Of a stretch of 64,000 nt of DNA, positions 59,130-64,000 are shown piece after piece. The first letter of the stretch is position 1; each line of letters begins with the position of its first letter. The stretch comes from an uncultured Alphaproteobacteria bacterium (lineage in GTDB: Bacteria; Pseudomonadota; Alphaproteobacteria; Rhizobiales; Xanthobacteraceae). The notes under the pieces are model-generated. The model made no database searches and was not told where the DNA came from. It saw only the letters and a program-made list of their open reading frames with translations. The DNA lies in the NCBI GenBank assembly GCA_963703875.1, contig CAVPFZ010000016.1, positions 17,145 through 81,144 of the forward strand, written 5' to 3'. The translations under genes and the position numbers were made by a program.

Positions 59130-59440
59130 CCTTTGCCGAGGCCTGGAACGGGACGAGCTGGAAGCTGGAGACCACGGCGAGCCCGTCTGGCGGTAGCGAC
59201 AGCTACCTCGCGGGCGTCTCGTGCACGTCCCCGGCGGCCTGCACGGCGGTCGGGTACTACTACTCCAACAGCTCGGACGTCGAGGTGACCCTGGCCGAGG
59301 CCTGGAACGGGACGAGCTGGTCGCTCGAGGCCACGCCGAACCCCGCCGGCGCTCTGGCCAGCTACCAGCGCGTCCCCGTCCACATCCACCACGGCCTGGG
59401 CCGCGGTCGGACGGGTACCTCAACAACTCCGGCGCCATCA
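59130..59440 (+). pseudogene. Fragment of secreted repeat protein (AEAWNGTSW...L.GVSC repeats)
   Basis: Two near-identical GCCGAGGCCTGGAACGGGACGAGCTGG units. Confidence 0.6.
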
Positions 59441-59689
59441 TGATCCTGGCCCGAGCTCTCCTCGGGCTGACCTGACGACCACTGACCCTCGCGCTCTCAC
59501 TAGAGAAACTACTGCTGTGGTGTTGTCGGCTCTCGTCGTACAGGGAGTCAAAAATTCATCGGACCACCGGGAAGCCCGTAGCCGCGTTCGACGCCTTCGG
59601 CGGCGAGCGACTCGAAGACGGCCTGCCGGCCCGTCACCATGTGCAATTGAGCTCCCCGTCAACCCGGCCCTCGGCCCCGGTCCATGGCG

Positions 59690-60778
59690 TCATCGCTGCC
59701 AGCCGCTGATCGGCGATTGTCCTGCTTCGTCCGGGCTCAGCTCGAGCGGCAGGTCGACGCGGGCCTGGCCCGAGGCGGCGCGGTACATCGCATAGATGAT
59801 CTCGAGCACGGCGCGACCGTCGTGTCCGTCCTCGAGCGGCGAAGAGGAATGCTGGACGCATTCGATGAAGTGACGCATCTCTTGCGGGAAGCCGTAATTC
59901 CACGCCTCCTGGAACATCGTGAAACCCCAGCCGCGGGTATCCGGCGCCTTTTCGAGGGCGTAGCCGTAGCCCTGCTCGCTGTAGGTGAGAAGCGACGAAC
60001 CGCGCAGCAGATCGACATAGGTAACCCCGCCTGAGCCGAGCACCTCGGCGCGGTCGTCCATCCCACCCCGCTTCGCCCAACTCGTCTCGACGACTCCGAG
60101 GCGATTGCCCGCGAGCTGCATGGTCACCACGGCGTGATCGTCGCCCCTTGTGCGGTCCCCGTGGACGTACGTCCCGAGCGTGGCCGTCACGTGTTCGACC
60201 GGCGGCTTGTCGTAGATCCAGCGGACGAACTCGATTCCGTGACAGCCCATGTCCATGAGGACGCCACCGCCGGAGCGCTCCACGTCCCAGAACCAGTCGG
60301 CATGTGGTCCGAAATGCTGCTCACCCTGGCGCACGGCGAAGACACGGCCGAGGGCACCCTCGTCTACGAGCTGCTTCGCCCGGAGGTACTTCGGGACGAA
60401 GCACACCTCCTCCGCATACATGAGCAGCACCCCGGCCGAGTCGCAGGCGGCGATCATCTCGTCGGCCTCTGCAAGGGTGCGGGCGAGGGGCTTCTCGCAG
60501 ATCACGTGCTTTCCGGCGCCGGCGGCAGCTACTGCGACCTCGTGATGGAGGTCGTTCGGGCAGGCAATCGAGATGACGTGCACCTCGTCGTCGTCGAGCA
60601 GGCGCCGGTAATCGTCGTGGAAAGTTTCTACACCGTGGCGCTCGCCGAATCGTCGGGCGCTGGCCTCCGTCCGCGCCGCCACACCGCGGATCCGAGCCTC
60701 GGGCACGTGGAGAAGTCCCTCAGCGTGGAGCTCCGCGATGAATCCTGCGCCAACGAGTCCGACGCCGATCTCCCGCAT
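59690..60778 (-). CDS. Gfo/Idh/MocA oxidoreductase
   Basis: VGAGFIA, HVICEKPLA, GGGVLMDMGCH. Confidence 0.93.
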   Translation of the reverse strand: MREIGVGLVGAGFIAELHAEGLLHVPEARIRGVAARTEASARRFGERHGVETFHDDYRRLLDDDEVHVISIACPNDLHHEVAVAAAGAGKHVICEKPLARTLAEADEMIAACDSAGVLLMYAEEVCFVPKYLRAKQLVDEGALGRVFAVRQGEQHFGPHADWFWDVERSGGGVLMDMGCHGIEFVRWIYDKPPVEHVTATLGTYVHGDRTRGDDHAVVTMQLAGNRLGVVETSWAKRGGMDDRAEVLGSGGVTYVDLLRGSSLLTYSEQGYGYALEKAPDTRGWGFTMFQEAWNYGFPQEMRHFIECVQHSSSPLEDGHDGRAVLEIIYAMYRAASGQARVDLPLELSPDEAGQSPISGWQR

Positions 60779-60984
60779 TCGGATATATCTACTTCATCAG
60801 GAAAACACCGCGCATCCTCCGGCGGTGCCGACCAGGGCGCGGTCGGATCGCCGTTTTGGGGACCGATCTCGCCCTCGATTGGCAGCGCGGCTACGGTCAG
60901 ACCCAGACGGCCTCGCGTGACGAACAGCACCTCGCCTACCAGGTAGGTGACTGGCCGGGACCGAGTCGGGCGTTTCCTTGCCCG

Positions 60985-61140
60985 CTATCGGTGTTCTGAC
61001 AGCCAGGCATGCACCTCGGGCACACGATTCTGCAGCAGCGTCAGGTGCCCGTCGTCGTCGAGGAGCCGGCGTCGACGCCGGGAATGTGCGCCGCCAGCCA
61101 TTCGCCGTGGCCGAACGGCACGAACAGGTCCTGCCTGCCG
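60985..61140 (-). pseudogene. C-terminal fragment of alpha/beta hydrolase
   Basis: GRQDLFVPFGHGEWLAAHIPG...DDDGHLTL-stop, no N-terminus. Confidence 0.6.
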
Positions 61141-61789
61141 CTAAGTATGCCGTTGGCCTAGCCACACCGAGCGTCCCCACCAGCCGTCCTCCTCCTCACC
61201 GGCCTGGCGGGGCACGGTCTAGACGTAGAGCTTGAAACTCGGATTCGCGAGTGCTCACCGCCAGGTTGGCTCGGGACCAGCCTCGCTCAGCTACTGGGAG
61301 AGGTGGTCGACCCCCATTAGGTTCGCGTGTGGAACGCTGACTACTCGACCGCTTCAGAGACTTCTGTTGTCGGCACACAAGCCTCTGAGCAGCACTTCTG
61401 TAGCCATCTGACGTCCAAGCGGATTCTCCGAAAGCTTCATGCTCTACTACGACATCTGAAATTCAGGCCTTCTACCAGCGCGTTTCGGCGGAAATAGTCC
61501 GGGCTGTGTTTAGAAGATGGTCCAGAATCTCCGCGACCGCGCCAAATGGGAGAAGCAAGGGGCCGCATTTTGGAGTGCCCGAGTCGTCGGGTGGTGGCCC
61601 GCCAACAGCGCCAGCCGTCGAGCTAATGGAGGCGGGCCTCGGTCGGCGGGAGTTAAGCTGACTTACGACCGTAGTGAAGCGCTCAGCCCGGACGAGGCAG
61701 TCCGACTTGTCGCTAGGTAGAGTTCGCTCAGCCTGACGAGGCCGAGCACGTCGTAGCCTTTCCTGGCATGGTCGCCGAGGTTTAGCTTC

Positions 61790-64000
61790 TCAGGACACTC
61801 TGCCGACAACCTCGGCGACCTGGGGCGCCGCCATGTAAGTGGCTGCCCGCTGCGGGGTTAGTCCGGCGGCGACCAACTGGATGATGCGAGCCGCCTCGTC
61901 CCAGGAGGGGTCCGGATCGGCTCCGGCTCCCGCCAGCGCCCGCGCCAGAGCCGCTCGGGACTGCCATCGCAAGAGGGGCGAGCCGAGGGAATCCGCCAGC
62001 GCCACGGCGCTGCGGAGTTCGCTGGCGGCGTCCCCATGCCGGCGTAGTGCGATCAAGGTGCGCCCCCGCACAGTTTGTGCGATCGCCTCGTACTTCCGCC
62101 GACTTGAGGCGCCCGCCAGCCCGAGAGCCCGCGCCGCCCAGGTGAGAGCATCCTCGAGATGCCCGGACGTGAACTCCAGCTCCGCCCGCATCGCAGCGAT
62201 CCGCCCGCTCACCAGCCAGCGCTCCCAGGCGTTGCTCGTCAACGCGTCGTCCCAGAGCGGGTCCCACTCGCGGCGAGCCAGCGCCACATCACCCCTGAGG
62301 ACGTGGGCCGTGAACACGTCGGCACGAGCGTTCATCCATGGCATGTTGAAGTCGGACGGTCCCAATCTTTCCGCGACCGCCTCGCTTCGCTCCAGGGCTT
62401 CCTCCAGCGCGACACCTCCCGCAGCGGAAGCGTGGAGTAGTTCGTCACGACGTTTATCGGACGACCCATCACCGTCGCCAGCTCGATCGCGTCCTCGGCC
62501 GCTGCGAGCGCCTCTTCGTAGCGACCCACGGCGGCGAGCATCAGCGCCTGCATTCCAGCCCCACGCAGCCGGAACTCCCGGCTGTGGAGCTCCACGCCGG
62601 CCGTGCTCGCGGCCAGTTGGGCTGCTCGCATAGCTCGCTCGTAGTCGCCGCTCCAGTAGTAGTGGTTAGAGGCCAGGTGATACTGCTCTGCCAAATCCGC
62701 CTTGCGAGTGTTCGGCACCCACATCTCGACCGCGGATCGCCGAGCTCGACGGCACGTTCGAGATCTCCCTTGTCGCCACGCATCCCGTGAGCGGACCCGA
62801 GCAGGCCGAGGGCCACCGGTTCGAGCTCGGCGAGTGCGCCCGCCCGCGCCAACTCGAGCGCGAGCTCGGCGCAGGCCATCGCGTCCGCTGTCTGCTCGGT
62901 CCACAAGGCGGCGTGGGTGCGCCCGATGACCGCCTCGACTTGCTGCTCACCCTCGAGGTCGGGAATCACTTCGGCGAGCTCGACGCCAGCGCGAGCGTAA
63001 TCCTGCAGTCGTACCAGCGCGAGTGCTCGAACCAGCCTGACACGGGCATGCTCCGCTGGATTCGTAAGAAGCTCGAGCGCCTGGGCGTAGAGGTCGCGGG
63101 TCTCCTCGATCGCAAACGCGTCGACAGCCCGCTCGGCGGCGACGAGCAGGCAGTGACACGCTCGGTCGGCATCACCGGCCTCGCGCCAGTGGTGGGCGAG
63201 GATCAGCGTGATGTCAGCCGCGTCGCCGGTGACGGACTCCAACGCGCTGGCCGTGGCCGCGTGCAGCTCCCGCCGTGTCGCTCGCGGGAGGGTCGTGTAG
63301 GCGGTGTCGAGGATCAAATCGTGCTTGAAGGTGAACTCGGCGTCGCCCTCGACGCGACTAGCGGATCGTCGCTGGACGAGTCCGCGGGGTCTCGAGGGTA
63401 TCTAGCGCCTCCCCGAGCTGAGCGGTCCCGCCGACACGGCCGAGCACGTCACGCCAGAAGGTCTTGCCGATCACCGAGGCCGTCAGCAGTGTCGCCCTGG
63501 CATCGGCGGGGAGCCCATCGATGCGAGCGGCGATGGCGGCTCGGATCGTGGCGGGTAGCCGCTCCGAGCTGCCCTCGTCGTCGATCGAGGCCACGAGCTG
63601 CTCGATGAAGAGCGGATTGCCCCCTGCTGTGGCGACAACCTTGGCGACCACGGATTCCGTCGCATGGGCGAGCAGCTCGGATGCCGCATGCACGGCGTCC
63701 TGTTCGCTCAAAGGGCTGAGCGTCAGCGAGGTGAAGGCCGACAAGCCGGCAAACCATGCCGGACGCGACTCGAGGAACTCCGGCCGTGCCAGCGCGACGA
63801 CGACGATGCGGCGTTCCTGCAAGTGCTTGCTCAGGTAGCTCACGAGTTCGAGCGAGGCGTCGTCGGCCCAGTGGACGTCATCGAAGACCACCATCAGCGG
63901 GGTGCGCTCGGACAGACTCTCGAAGAGCCGCCGAGTGGCGTACTGCAGTTCGATCGTCTCACGCGCACCGTCGTCGATCCGAAGGCCGAGGACGAGGGAG
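61790..64000 (-). pseudogene. AAA/STAND ATPase-TPR protein (adenylate cyclase-ATPase type), partial, multiple frameshifts
   Basis: VVFDDVHWAD, GGNPLFIEQL, LPATIRAAIAARID, ASVIG..FW, FKHDLI..AY, TPR-like helices over at least four frame segments. Confidence 0.8.

Noticed and set aside
61150-61780. Short ORFs including 61517-61720
   Set aside because: No recognisable motif or RBS in an error-rich segment

Overview
The window has three parts. (1) 1-~9.2 kb is a visibly more AT-rich accessory island. It holds a twin graspetide (ATP-grasp RiPP) cluster: two unrelated precursors, one with a Sec-signal-like N-terminus, each followed by its own MvdC/D-like ligase, plus a 7-bladed beta-propeller and a peptidase-less ABC exporter. 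Next come an LprI/peptidoglycan-binding protein, three small secreted Cys-containing proteins and a disabled IS5-family element. (2) ~9.2-52.7 kb is GC-rich Hyphomicrobiales-type (Xanthobacteraceae/Nitrobacteraceae-like) chromosome. It contains a 13-kb catabolic/transport cluster of unknown substrate, tRNA-Arg(TCG), an ECF sigma/anti-sigma/subtilase operon, a fluoroacetate-dehalogenase-family hydrolase, phoR-pstSCAB-phoU-phoB with a Pho box, gcrA, argD-argF-hslO, apaG, opgC with two SGNH hydrolases, metZ under a SAM-II riboswitch, dcd and a GGDEF gene. It ends with tRNA-Gly(CCC) and a decayed integrative element carrying RES, HhH-like and HEPN-like cargo. (3) From ~52.75 kb the sequence switches abruptly, inside a broken glnA 3' end, to actinobacterial-type genes with many single-base indels and gene fragments, most likely a chimeric join. 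All calls come from reading motifs by eye; no database searches were run.
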